This document shows, one piece after another, positions 1 through 9,441 of a DNA stretch of 48,344 bases. Where the stretch lies: the NCBI GenBank assembly GCA_000998025.1, contig LCJG01000001.1:1-48344 (forward strand), read 5' to 3'. The first letter of the stretch is position 1; every line of letters starts with the position of its first letter. The position numbers were made by a program, and so were the translations under genes. Source of the DNA: Candidatus Collierbacteria bacterium GW2011_GWB1_44_6. GTDB taxonomy: Bacteria; Patescibacteriota; Microgenomatia; UBA1400; MFAQ01. The notes beneath the pieces were generated by a model. That model had not been told where the DNA came from and did not search any database. It saw nothing but the letters and a program-made list of their open reading frames with translations.

Positions 1-183
1 CTCAAAGGAGTAGTTGTCAATATGGCCAACTGCACCATCAGGCAAACCGTTAACAGCGACGTCAGAAAATTGAAAGGGCCCGCAGTATTGATTCTCGGCG
101 GCTACTCTATCCGGTTTCAGAGCCAGGAGAGCAGACGTGGCCACAATTGCGAGGACGAAGAGTGTTTTGAATATGGTTTTCAT
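1..183 (-). CDS. Secreted hypothetical protein, N-terminal 61 codons only (runs off window)
   Basis: Not in ORF track. ATG at 183 reads MKTIFKTLFVLAIVATSALLALKPDRVAA|ENQYCGP with no stop to base 1; Sec signal peptide; SD TAAGGAGG 6 nt upstream. Confidence 0.8.
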   Translation of the reverse strand, partial: MKTIFKTLFVLAIVATSALLALKPDRVAAENQYCGPFQFSDVAVNGLPDGAVGHIDNYSFE

Positions 184-235
184 TGTCTGCCTCCTTAGCA
201 GATTTCAGATTTTTTAGGTGCGACTTACTTATAGC

Positions 236-264
236 AATATACTCTAAATCAACAGATTTGTCAA
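236..264 (-). promoter_or_regulatory. sigma70-type promoter for the 183(-) gene
   Basis: TTGACA-N17-TATATT on minus strand. Confidence 0.7.
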
Positions 265-290
265 GTTATAGGATTCATTTGAGCGTGAAC

Positions 291-319
291 TTGACGGTTA
301 AGGTCTTTTTTGGGATACT
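291..319 (+). promoter_or_regulatory. sigma70-type promoter for the 330(+) gene
   Basis: TTGACG-N17-GATACT, 10 nt before ATG 330. Confidence 0.55.
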
Positions 320-329
320 TTACCAAGCT

Positions 330-1190
330 ATGAAACGCAATCAAATCATCCTCCTGGTTGTTGGAATCCTGGTAGTCTTAATTTCTGCCATCTTCTTTGT
401 CTCCAAAGGGAGCAAAAAGGATCCATCCGGCGAAGTCAAAAAACCTTCTCCCTTGACCACCAAAATTTTGATAAACGAGCTTCCTCTTGCCGAAAGACCA
501 TTTACGGTACTAGTGCCTCACGCCACCAACCGTCTTTTTACCTTTGTTACCATCGGTGCAGATAAAGCCGATGCCGCCACTCTGGATCTGGAATACCAGT
601 CCGGGGACTTGCTAAAGGGGGCCAGGGCTTCCCTAGAAGCACCCATCTCCAACACCTTCGTTAAAGCCATTATCCTCGGTAGTTGTTCTACCGGTGGCAA
701 GTGCACTTTTGACACTGACCTTAAGTCTGGTACCCTCAAGTACAAACTTCATTTTCCCGGCCAAGACGTTACCCATCTCTTAAAGGGGGACTTCACTTTC
801 GTTTCCGGCCAAAAAAATCTTCCGGATGGGAAAGTAATTTATGAACCATCAAAAGCGACGGCTAAAGACAATTTGATTTTGCTCAACTCCTTTGGACTTC
901 CCAAAACAGTCGAAAAAGAAACCCTAATGTATCCAATTGTTCTTTCATCGACAAGCGACAAAACAATTGCCGGCACTCTCACCATTAACCAAGCAGGGGT
1001 TACTGGCGCGGCCATCTACGACGGCACTGAGTATAAGGACCTAAAGATAGCTATTAAAGACAACTCTCTTACTATAGCCCTCAACCACAAACCATGGTCC
1101 ATGAAGGCCGATATCGTCCGTGACGACGAAAAGGGTAGTAAAGAATCCGTCACACTCTATCTCCTCGGCCCAATAGTCTTATACAAATAA
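330..1190 (+). CDS. Membrane-anchored hypothetical protein (~286 aa)
   Basis: Start moved to ATG 330 (MKRNQIILLVVG..., N-terminal TM); extracellular domain with LGSCSTGGKC Cys pair; upstream part of track ORF overlaps promoters. Confidence 0.75.
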   Translation: MKRNQIILLVVGILVVLISAIFFVSKGSKKDPSGEVKKPSPLTTKILINELPLAERPFTVLVPHATNRLFTFVTIGADKADAATLDLEYQSGDLLKGARASLEAPISNTFVKAIILGSCSTGGKCTFDTDLKSGTLKYKLHFPGQDVTHLLKGDFTFVSGQKNLPDGKVIYEPSKATAKDNLILLNSFGLPKTVEKETLMYPIVLSSTSDKTIAGTLTINQAGVTGAAIYDGTEYKDLKIAIKDNSLTIALNHKPWSMKADIVRDDEKGSKESVTLYLLGPIVLYK

Positions 1191-1214
1191 AAACGCCCCT
1201 TTTTGGGGGGCGTT
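1186..1214 (-). terminator. Intrinsic terminator between convergent genes
   Basis: AACGCCCC...GGGGCGTT stem followed by TTTTATTT on minus strand. Confidence 0.7.
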
Positions 1215-1220
1215 CAACAG

Positions 1221-1547
1221 CTATTTTTCCTCTAATTCTTCGATCATGGCAGAAGTCCGTATGGCTTCAGCCACCAGTAAATACACACTGGCGTTGCAGA
1301 CGAAACCCTCATGCATTTCGATCATGATCGAATGCTGGCTTACACTAATCCTCTTGACCCCCTTCACAAAAGCGAACTTCGCCAGCATCCATGTCACCCC
1401 AACCCCATGCTGGGCCGCCATCTGAGCCTGATCGAAGTCAGTCAGGGGGAATTCGAAAGTAGCAGTTCTTCGTTGAAATTCGGCTTCCGTACTATACTCG
1501 ACCAAATTATTTTGGAAGACAACCGTCTTTATCTTGAATTGCCTCAT
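1221..1547 (-). CDS. Hypothetical protein, resembles Nfu/NifU N-terminal domain
   Basis: SD AAGGAG, own promoter and terminator; LAKFAFVKGVKRISVSQHSIMIE resembles Nfu_N pattern LFxIxGVxxVFxxxDFITV. Confidence 0.6.
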   Translation of the reverse strand: MRQFKIKTVVFQNNLVEYSTEAEFQRRTATFEFPLTDFDQAQMAAQHGVGVTWMLAKFAFVKGVKRISVSQHSIMIEMHEGFVCNASVYLLVAEAIRTSAMIEELEEK

Positions 1548-1604
1548 TTTTTGCTCCTTGGAAAATTAGAGTACTATCTATAAGAAAAATAGATTATGGG
1601 ACGA

Positions 1605-1633
1605 ATATTACACCGCGTAGAACCATAAGTCAA
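1605..1633 (-). promoter_or_regulatory. sigma70-type promoter for the 1547(-) gene
   Basis: TTGACT-N17-TAATAT on minus strand. Confidence 0.65.
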
Positions 1634-1669
1634 CATTTCACGCACATTTTACACAACCTACATTAGGAC

Positions 1670-1697
1670 TTGACACGATATATATTTTGTATATACT
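1670..1697 (+). promoter_or_regulatory. dcw operon promoter
   Basis: TTGACA-N16-TATACT upstream of mraZ. Confidence 0.65.
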
Positions 1698-1700
1698 GAA

Positions 1701-1739
1701 AAGTGGTGACAAGTGGTGAAGTAACCTATAAATACCACT
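1701..1739 (+). promoter_or_regulatory. MraZ-binding repeats
   Basis: AAGTGGTGA twice with 10-nt period (1701, 1711) plus inverted ACCACT at 1734-1739; GTGG 10-bp-period repeats are the known MraZ operator. Confidence 0.7.
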
Positions 1740-1756
1740 GAGCCTGCCTATGAATT

Positions 1757-2188
1757 ATGTTTACTGGACGCTATTACCATTCGATCGAAGCCAAAGGACG
1801 TCTGGCTATACCTCAGGTCTTCAGGGAAGAACTAGTATCCGGTGGAGTCATCACTTGGGGTCTGGATGGGTGTCTGTTTCTTTTCCCAGCCTCATATTGG
1901 CAGAAGTTCTCCGAAAAGCTGGCCTCCCTGTCATTAACCAATCCGAGCGCGCGGAATTTGACGCGTCTCTTGGTGCAGTCAGCCGCCGATCTCGATCTCG
2001 ACAGCCAAGGAAGAACTCTGATTCCCGAATATCTCAGACAACAAGCCAATCTAAAAAAGCAAGTGGTCGTCGCCGGATCCCTGACCAGAATTGAAATCTG
2101 GGACCGCGATACATATCACCAGCACCTTGACTTAATAGCGCAACAAGTAAATGAAGGGGGAGAATCATTTCTTTCCCTAGATATATGA
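1757..2188 (+). CDS. mraZ: Transcriptional regulator MraZ
   Basis: MFTGRYYHSIEAKGRLAIP and LDSQGRTLIP repeats, RIEIWD; heads dcw cluster. Confidence 0.97.
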   Translation: MFTGRYYHSIEAKGRLAIPQVFREELVSGGVITWGLDGCLFLFPASYWQKFSEKLASLSLTNPSARNLTRLLVQSAADLDLDSQGRTLIPEYLRQQANLKKQVVVAGSLTRIEIWDRDTYHQHLDLIAQQVNEGGESFLSLDI

Positions 2189-3123
2189 GTGAAATAATTG
2201 ACAGACACTTTTCAGCTTTCAAAGGTGAACTCACCAAACTCTATGGTTTCAAACCTGGTTATCATTTTTTGGATCTAACCTTAGGTGATGGTGGACACAC
2301 GGAGGAGGCTCTTTCCGCCGGCTGTCGTGTCGTTTCTTTTGATGTTGACCCTGAGGCAATCAAAAGAGCGATTGATTTTGTTCCCAAAAAATATAAACCT
2401 TTGATAATCGACCCCGAGCAAGTTACTGAGAATATCCCCAAAGCTTTCACCTGGGTAATAATTAAAAGCAATTTTGTCAAAGTCGCAGAAATAGTCAAGT
2501 CGTTAGCTTTACCAAAATTTGACGGCATTATGGCCGACCTGGGTCCATCGCAATATCAAGTCCTTTCACCTGGTCGCGGTTTCAGTTTTTCTGTAGACGA
2601 GCCACTGGACATGAGACTCGATAAGAATTTAGGAGTTACCGCTGCCGATCTTTTGGCTGTTTTAAACGAAGGGGAGTTGTCTGATCTTTTTGACATTGCC
2701 GATGAACCATTCGCCAAACCCCTGGCACGAATAATCGTCAAACAGAGACAAATTACCCCCATCGTAACCACCAAACAACTTTCCGAAATTGTTAGCAAAG
2801 TTAAAAGGTTTCGAATCCAAGGGAAGATTCACCCTGCCACTCAAGTCTTCATGGCTCTGCGTATGGCTGTCAACCTGGAAAGAGATAACATCCGAGAACT
2901 CATTCCTCATCTTCCTGAACTTTTGAACAAAGGGGGGGTGGTTGGCGTCATCAGTTTTCATTCCGGTGAAGACAAAATAATCAAAGAATATTTTGAGGAA
3001 ATGGAAAACAAACAAATACTTCGCGCTATTAATAAAAAACCAATTGAACCTTCGGACAAAGAATTACAAATCAGTCAACGAACCCGCAGTGCCAAACTTA
3101 GACTCGCTAAAAAATATAGTTAA
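2185..3123 (+). CDS. rsmH: 16S rRNA m4C1402 methyltransferase RsmH
   Basis: DLTLGDGGH, DLG, RGFSF..PLDMR, HPATQVFMALR, ISFHSGED, RSAKLR; follows mraZ. Confidence 0.97.
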   Translation: MSEIIDRHFSAFKGELTKLYGFKPGYHFLDLTLGDGGHTEEALSAGCRVVSFDVDPEAIKRAIDFVPKKYKPLIIDPEQVTENIPKAFTWVIIKSNFVKVAEIVKSLALPKFDGIMADLGPSQYQVLSPGRGFSFSVDEPLDMRLDKNLGVTAADLLAVLNEGELSDLFDIADEPFAKPLARIIVKQRQITPIVTTKQLSEIVSKVKRFRIQGKIHPATQVFMALRMAVNLERDNIRELIPHLPELLNKGGVVGVISFHSGEDKIIKEYFEEMENKQILRAINKKPIEPSDKELQISQRTRSAKLRLAKKYS

Positions 3124-3397
3124 CATCAAATTAATATCCGTAATTACGGTTATATTGTTTATGATTCTTGCTGTCATGAATTTGATCGGAACCAACATTC
3201 TCTCAACCCAAGGCATTGCGGTGAGTGAAGCAGAGACGCACACTTTAAAATTGGAAAAAGAAAATCAACAGCTCTCTGTTAAGATAGAGGAAGCGGTCAG
3301 ACTTGGAGGTCTAGAAGATACTGCCAGACAAAACGGATTTATCAGATCAAAGAGCATCGTATTTGTCCCGTCACCACCAACCTTTGCCTCCAGATAA
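3089..3397 (+). CDS. ftsL: Cell division protein FtsL-like
   Basis: Between rsmH and ftsI; single TM then coiled coil (LEKENQQL...LEDTARQNGF); GTG 3089 start inferred. Confidence 0.75.
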   Translation: MPNLDSLKNIVNIKLISVITVILFMILAVMNLIGTNILSTQGIAVSEAETHTLKLEKENQQLSVKIEEAVRLGGLEDTARQNGFIRSKSIVFVPSPPTFASR

Positions 3398-3400
3398 TTC

Positions 3401-5077
3401 ATGCTAAAAACCCAGGGAACAACCAGTAACCGCCTCCAGGTTATTACCTTCCTCATCCCCATCATATTTCTAATTCTAGTAGGACGATTATTTTACTGGA
3501 TGGTAATCAGGGGTCCGGAATTGCAGACCAAGGCCAACCGTCAGCATCAGACAGTGACTATTCTCAAGGCAAAAAGGGGAAATATCCTTGATTCTGAAGG
3601 AGGTGTCTTGGCCGGGACAAAAAATTTATACCACCTATTCGTCTACAAACCTCAATTAACTATTTCCAATAACGATCTTGTAGAAAAACTGGTAACTCAC
3701 TTGGCTTTCGACCAAGAAGCTAGTACTGAAGCAGAACTTAGGGACCATTTACAAAACCGTCTCGCGCTCGATTCAAACTGGGTTTCTTTAAAGCATTATC
3801 TGATCCCCGAGGAAAAAGAGAAGGTTGAATCTGAAAAAATTCCCGGTATCGGTTTTGAAGACGAATATGTCAGATTTTACCCCGATGCCAGCATGGCCGG
3901 ACAGATACTGGGCTTTGTTGGTCAAGATGCTGCTGGACAAGAGCAGGGTTATTTTGGTCTTGAGGGATATTTTGATCGACTGCTCAAGGGTAGAGAGGGG
4001 CGCATCAGAACAGAAAATGATGCTCAAGGAAACCCAATTCTTATAGGCAATTATCAGTTTCTTCATTCGATTGAGGGGAAATCATTGAAAACAACGATCG
4101 ATAAGAGGATGCAGTATCTATCAGAAGCCATGCTCAAAGAAGGGCTTGAAAAATACCAAGCCTCCGCTGGGACTATCATTATTATGGAAACTGCGACCGG
4201 CAAGATAAGAGCCATGGTCTCAAATCCTAATTATGACCCTGGGAAGTTCTCGGAATTTGATAACAAAGTCTATAAAAATCCGGCTGTAGCCGATCTTTTT
4301 GAGCCTGGTTCCGTTTTCAAACCTTTGGTTATGGCTGCTGGCCTCAACGAAAACTTAATCACGCCGGAAACACAATGCGATATCTGTTCCGGGCCTATAA
4401 ATATAGGAAAATATACAATCAAGACTTGGGACGAGAAGTATCATGCTTCGACCACCATGACAGATGTCATAGTTCATTCGGATAACACCGGCATGGTTTT
4501 TGTCGCCAGAAAACTTGGTCCAGAGAAATTCGCAGAATACATAAAGAATTATGGCTTTGGAAAAAAAACCAAAATTCAACTTCAAGAAGAAGTATCAGGG
4601 GTGGGTAGAGAAGCGAATAATTATGGTGACATCGATTTGGCGACCAACTCTTTTGGCCAGGGAATTGCTGTCACCCCCGTACAACTAATTGCTGCCCTAA
4701 ATACTATTGCCAACAACGGGGTTTATATATCTCCTACCTTGGTGGAAGGCGAACCTTCCCCCGAAACAAGGAGTGTTCTTCGTCCGGAAACGGTCTCAAA
4801 AATGACTCAGATAATGATCCAAGCAGTTGAAAGCGGCGAGGCTAAATGGGCAAGACCTAAAGGCCTTACAGTCGCTGGAAAAACAGGTACGGCTCAAATT
4901 CCCATTGAAGGTCATTACGACCCAGAAAAAACAATTGCGAGTTTCATTGGTTTTTTTCCAGCCTATAGGCCACAATACACCATGCTGGTCTCCCTAAGGG
5001 AGCCTCAAACTTCCCCTTGGGGCTCAGAAACTGCCGCCCCTTTATGGTTTGCTTTGGCCAAACAGCTTTTGCTATAA
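3401..5077 (+). CDS. ftsI: Class B penicillin-binding protein FtsI
   Basis: AKRGNILD, RFYP, GLEGYFD, EPGSVFK (SxxK), SDN, KTGT. Confidence 0.93.
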   Translation: MLKTQGTTSNRLQVITFLIPIIFLILVGRLFYWMVIRGPELQTKANRQHQTVTILKAKRGNILDSEGGVLAGTKNLYHLFVYKPQLTISNNDLVEKLVTHLAFDQEASTEAELRDHLQNRLALDSNWVSLKHYLIPEEKEKVESEKIPGIGFEDEYVRFYPDASMAGQILGFVGQDAAGQEQGYFGLEGYFDRLLKGREGRIRTENDAQGNPILIGNYQFLHSIEGKSLKTTIDKRMQYLSEAMLKEGLEKYQASAGTIIIMETATGKIRAMVSNPNYDPGKFSEFDNKVYKNPAVADLFEPGSVFKPLVMAAGLNENLITPETQCDICSGPINIGKYTIKTWDEKYHASTTMTDVIVHSDNTGMVFVARKLGPEKFAEYIKNYGFGKKTKIQLQEEVSGVGREANNYGDIDLATNSFGQGIAVTPVQLIAALNTIANNGVYISPTLVEGEPSPETRSVLRPETVSKMTQIMIQAVESGEAKWARPKGLTVAGKTGTAQIPIEGHYDPEKTIASFIGFFPAYRPQYTMLVSLREPQTSPWGSETAAPLWFALAKQLLL

Positions 5078-5104
5078 AGCCCTAGAAAGATTAAAATGTA
5101 TTCA

Positions 5105-5476
5105 ATGCTAAATAGATTAAGGGTTCACCGGGTATCATTGCAGCACGCTTATGACGGCTTTGTCCACACCATCAAGACGCAGCCTAATTTTAGATTTCAC
5201 TTGTTAGCTACAATTTCCGTGATTCTTTTGGGGTATTATTACCATATTTCTGCCCTAGAGTGGCTGGTTATTGTTTTCACTATCAATATGGTATTGATAG
5301 CAGAAATGGTTAACACTTCCATCGAGTCGGTAGTTGATCTCATTACTTTGGAGCGTAGATTGGACGCCAAAATTGCCAAAGATGTTTCCGCCGGCATGGT
5401 CCTGGTTTCGGCGGTGCTGGCCACAATCATCGCCTTGATTGTCTTTTTACCCAAAATATTAATCTCACTCTCCTAA
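5105..5476 (+). CDS. dgkA: Diacylglycerol/undecaprenol kinase family
   Basis: QPNFRFH, AEMVNTSIESVVD, AKIAKDVSAGMV; start 5105 preferred over 5096 because TAAAAT lies 7 nt upstream. Confidence 0.9.
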   Translation: MLNRLRVHRVSLQHAYDGFVHTIKTQPNFRFHLLATISVILLGYYYHISALEWLVIVFTINMVLIAEMVNTSIESVVDLITLERRLDAKIAKDVSAGMVLVSAVLATIIALIVFLPKILISLS

Positions 5477-6502
5477 ATGGATATATTACTAGGAATACTA
5501 ATCATCTCCTTCATTATCCACGCTTTTAGCATTGTACCTTTTGTTAACTTTCTTTATGGTCTCAAGTTTTTCAAAAACAGGTCTGCCGTATCCAAAGAAA
5601 AAACTGATGAAGCCTCCGTTCACATCAGGTCCAAGGCCCGCACTCCTGAGGGTGGTGGTTTATTAATCCTTGTCATCACCAGTTTAATTTTTGCCATCAT
5701 CCTACCGATTATGAAAAGATTGGGATTCGAAATTACACATGTGTACCCGATAAATGACGAAATCAATATAATTTTCTTCACTTTTATTTCCTTTGGACTA
5801 TTAGGACTTTACGATGATATTGTGAAAGTTTTTGAGCTTGATCGTCAGGAGGGCTATACGGGACTAAAGACCGGCTACAAGTTTCTCATCCAAGCAATAC
5901 TGGGATTTATTATTGGTGCAATGATGTATGTCAATCTCGGTATAGATATTATCCACATTCCTTTTTTTGGTGTCGTTCACTTTGGGATATGGTTTATTCC
6001 AGTGGCAGCTTTTCTGGTGGTCACTTTTGCCAATGCCATAAATATTACCGACGGTATGGACGGGTTAGCTTCCGGCTTGTTGATGATTTCTTTGTTCGGT
6101 TTTTTAATTCTTTCCACCTCAGTTCTTGATACTCCACTATCTATATTTATTGCTCTTTGGCTAGGAGGCTTAATGGCCTTTCTTTATTTCAATGTCTTTC
6201 CTGCCCGTATCATTTTGGGGGATGTTGGAGCTCTGGCCTTTGGCGCAACCTTTGCCACGGTCGGCATTCTCACAGGCAAGGTGGTTGCCCTAATGATTAT
6301 TGGTCTACCCTTTCTTGTCGACGGTTTTAGTAGTTTTCTCCAAATTCTTTGGGTCAAAATCTTCCATCGTCGAATATTACCCATAGCCCCACTCCACTAC
6401 CTCTTGTTAAAAATTGGCTGGAGTGAGCCAAAGATAGTTCAAAGAGCTTGGCTCGTTGGCATCATGCTTGTTGTTTTTGGCATCTGGTTGGCCATTATTT
6501 AG
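5477..6502 (+). CDS. mraY: Phospho-N-acetylmuramoyl-pentapeptide transferase (divergent)
   Basis: K..TPEGGG, GLYDD, NAINITDGMDGL, FNVFPARIILGDVG, APLH; dcw position. Confidence 0.88.
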   Translation: MDILLGILIISFIIHAFSIVPFVNFLYGLKFFKNRSAVSKEKTDEASVHIRSKARTPEGGGLLILVITSLIFAIILPIMKRLGFEITHVYPINDEINIIFFTFISFGLLGLYDDIVKVFELDRQEGYTGLKTGYKFLIQAILGFIIGAMMYVNLGIDIIHIPFFGVVHFGIWFIPVAAFLVVTFANAINITDGMDGLASGLLMISLFGFLILSTSVLDTPLSIFIALWLGGLMAFLYFNVFPARIILGDVGALAFGATFATVGILTGKVVALMIIGLPFLVDGFSSFLQILWVKIFHRRILPIAPLHYLLLKIGWSEPKIVQRAWLVGIMLVVFGIWLAII

Positions 6503-6503
6503 C

Positions 6504-7580
6504 ATGAAACGAGGATCTCACCTTCATAAACTTCCACTGTATATACTGTTTTTTGGGATACTAGTTGCCAGTTTGGGGCTCATCGCCATCTACGACGCCT
6601 CGGTCATTGACGCCTACAGAACTTTTTCAGATAAATTTCATTATGTAAAACAGCAGTCCACCTGGCTTATTTTGGGTATTGTGATCGCACTAATTACGGC
6701 CAATATCCCAATTGCCTGGTTAAAAAAAAATGCGGCCTTGCTTTATGGTATATCACTTTTTTTGATGCTTGTGGTCCTTATTCCCGGCATAGGTTCAAGC
6801 TTCTTGGGTGCCAGAAGGTGGCTTGTGTTTGGGCCGGTAATTATTCAGCCATCTGAGCTACTAAAGATCACCCTAGCTATATATTTAGCTAAATGGCTGG
6901 AGAGAGGCATAGAGATAAAACACTTTCTTATCTTACTTGGAATCAATCTCGGCTTGATCATGCTACAGCCTGATCTGGGAACTGCCATCATTATCGTTGG
7001 CATGACTTTTATGATTTACTATTTGTCCGGTGCCAAAATCTTAGAGATATTTTATTTTTGTTTAATATTATTGGTAGCCATTAGTGGACTCATCTTTGCG
7101 TCTCCATACCGCATGAATCGCGTGAAGACCTTTATGGATCCCACCCAGGACCCCCTCGGCGCCTCCTATCACATCAATCAAGTACTATATGGCTTGGGAT
7201 CGGGTGGACTTTATGGAGTCGGTCTCGGTAGATCACGTCAGAAATACGCCTATCTACCGGAAGCTACAACAGACTCTATCTTTGTTATCATTGCCGAAGA
7301 ATTTGGTTTCTTCGGCAGTACTATACTGATTTTATTACTAGTTGGTCTACTCACCGCTTCACTCAAAGTTGCTCAAAGTGTAGGTGATAAATTTGATAAA
7401 CTATTGGCCAGTGGTATCTCGCTATTATTTATAATCCAAATTTTGGTAAATCTTAGTTCTATGGTTGCCTTAATCCCTCTTACCGGTGTACCCTTGCCAT
7501 TTATTTCCTACGGTGGCTCTTCACTCGTCACAAACTTTATTGCCTTAGGTCTTTTAATAAATATCGCTAAACGGGTATGA
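6504..7580 (+). CDS. ftsW: SEDS peptidoglycan polymerase FtsW
   Basis: GARRW, QPSELLK, QPDLGT, YLPEATTDSIF, PLTGVPLPFISYGGSS; start ATG 6504. Confidence 0.95.
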   Translation: MKRGSHLHKLPLYILFFGILVASLGLIAIYDASVIDAYRTFSDKFHYVKQQSTWLILGIVIALITANIPIAWLKKNAALLYGISLFLMLVVLIPGIGSSFLGARRWLVFGPVIIQPSELLKITLAIYLAKWLERGIEIKHFLILLGINLGLIMLQPDLGTAIIIVGMTFMIYYLSGAKILEIFYFCLILLVAISGLIFASPYRMNRVKTFMDPTQDPLGASYHINQVLYGLGSGGLYGVGLGRSRQKYAYLPEATTDSIFVIIAEEFGFFGSTILILLLVGLLTASLKVAQSVGDKFDKLLASGISLLFIIQILVNLSSMVALIPLTGVPLPFISYGGSSLVTNFIALGLLINIAKRV

Positions 7581-8647
7581 TACCCTTAATCGCTTTTACG
7601 GGTGGGCATCATAACAGTGCCTTGGAGGTAGCTAAGGTTCTTCAAAAAGAGGGCCTTAGGTTAATTTGGATTGGCCATAAGTTCACTGCCAGGGGGGAAA
7701 AAAGCCTGTCCGCGGAATATCAAGAAATCACCCGTGCAGGAATAAAATTTCTGGAACTGAAAACCGGGAAATTTTACCGAAAAATCGACCCCTTGGAATG
7801 GTTGAAAATTATTTTCGGTTTCTTTCAATCCTTCGTCTATCTATTAACTTATCGTCCATCTCTTATTTACTCGTCCGGTGGGTATTTGGCCGTGCCGGTT
7901 GTCATTTCCGGCTGGGCCTTGAGAATACCTTCGATAACCCACGAGCAGACGGTGGTGGCGGGATGGGCAAATAAAGCGATCGCTCCTTTTGTCAAAAAAA
8001 TTCTCTTGACTCACAATACTTCCGCGGGAAACTTCCCAAAGGGGAAATCGGTAGTGGTGGGCCTACCCATCCGCAAGGAACTTCTGAGCAAAAAATATTC
8101 CAAAAAATTTACCCCTAAGCTTATCTATATTACTTGCGGTAAACAGGGTTCGCACATCATCAATTCAGCCTTGTTTCCCATCATCCCCAAGCTAGCCAAG
8201 ACCTTCACTATTGTCCACCAAACTGGATCCAGTACTCTCACCAAAGACCTGGATAGGGCGAGGAGGATCAAGGAGCGGCTTGGAGTGGACAAGGATCGCT
8301 ATATTTTCGCTCCATATTTCTTCTCCGAAGATGCAGTTACTTATATCCGCTCTGCCTCAATTGTAGTCAGTCGCTCGGGGGCACACACCATATACGAACT
8401 ACTCCTCTTGCGAAAGAAAGCTGTCCTTATACCCATATCTTGGGTTTCACACAACGAACAACTTCTGAATGCCCGCTTGGCTCAGGGTCAAATTGGCAGT
8501 AGTGTTCTGGAAGAAAAAGATTTGTCTCCAGAGTCCCTATATCAAGCTATCATTGATCTGGCCAAGAAACCTGCAAAAAAGCCTACCATTAAACTGAATA
8601 CCCATGCTGCGGAAGAGATCGCGGATATTATCCGCAAAACCATATAA
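7577..8647 (+). CDS. murG: Lipid II GlcNAc transferase MurG
   Basis: TGGH, SGGY..P, HEQ, GLPIR, GKQGS, SRSGA, EQLLNA. Confidence 0.93.
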   Translation: MIPLIAFTGGHHNSALEVAKVLQKEGLRLIWIGHKFTARGEKSLSAEYQEITRAGIKFLELKTGKFYRKIDPLEWLKIIFGFFQSFVYLLTYRPSLIYSSGGYLAVPVVISGWALRIPSITHEQTVVAGWANKAIAPFVKKILLTHNTSAGNFPKGKSVVVGLPIRKELLSKKYSKKFTPKLIYITCGKQGSHIINSALFPIIPKLAKTFTIVHQTGSSTLTKDLDRARRIKERLGVDKDRYIFAPYFFSEDAVTYIRSASIVVSRSGAHTIYELLLLRKKAVLIPISWVSHNEQLLNARLAQGQIGSSVLEEKDLSPESLYQAIIDLAKKPAKKPTIKLNTHAAEEIADIIRKTI

Positions 8648-9440
8648 TAAGTTATCGAGGCGGCTTAGAAATTTGATTCTAAGCGCAAAAAACTTAATCA
8701 CTGGAGTTTTTCCTGTATTTATTTTATTGTTTACTATTTTCCTTGTTTACAATCTTTTTGTCATCAATAAGATAGAATGCACACTTGGCTCAGAATCTTG
8801 TCCTCAAGAAATTATGGAAAAGCTCCTGAAATACAGAGCTTCAAATATTCTTTTGTTAAATCAAAAAAAACTTTCTTCTTCTATCCAATCTTCATACCCT
8901 GTTGAAAAAGTTAACATAGGATTCAAAATTTTTAATACTCTCAAAATTAAGTTGGAGGGTGGCTCCGCCTCGGCACACGCTCAAGTCTCCTTGGTTAATA
9001 GTCTACCCTCATTGGAGTTGGACAGCACTTTGGGATCAACTGAGTCATCTTCGTGGAAGAAACCGACCGAAGAAATCAGTGCCTTCATCCAAACAGTCAA
9101 CTTTATTAGCTTTGAGCTCTGGAGCAACGGGCAGATGACCCCCACTGCGTCAAATGAATCCAAATTGAAGTTGTTGTTTACCAGCAAACCCGAAATCGAA
9201 ATCCTAAAATCACTCTATAGTCTCACTGCCCTAATCGATAAATACTTAGATATTGAGGAAATACTTATCCTTGATCGTCGAGTTTTCTTGAGGCAATCCA
9301 ATCAACCTGATATCATTATAAATATACCTTTCGACGAGGACACTTTGGCGCAGGCGTTGCAATCTTATGCATACCTGACTACTATTAAAAAAGACACGAA
9401 GGTTATAGATTTAAGATTTAAAAACCCTATCCTAAGATAA
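8604..9440 (+). CDS. FtsQ/DivIB-like protein
   Basis: N-terminal TM, POTRA-like segment, C-terminal IDLRFKNP; between murG and ftsA. Confidence 0.7.
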   Translation: MLRKRSRILSAKPYNKLSRRLRNLILSAKNLITGVFPVFILLFTIFLVYNLFVINKIECTLGSESCPQEIMEKLLKYRASNILLLNQKKLSSSIQSSYPVEKVNIGFKIFNTLKIKLEGGSASAHAQVSLVNSLPSLELDSTLGSTESSSWKKPTEEISAFIQTVNFISFELWSNGQMTPTASNESKLKLLFTSKPEIEILKSLYSLTALIDKYLDIEEILILDRRVFLRQSNQPDIIINIPFDEDTLAQALQSYAYLTTIKKDTKVIDLRFKNPILR

Positions 9441-9441
9441 T

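Noticed and set aside
183..329. 5' extension of the 335-aa track ORF (similarly 2993, 6456, 11970, 13562, 15254, 45344 starts)
   Set aside because: Extensions run through promoters or neighbouring genes; better-supported downstream starts exist
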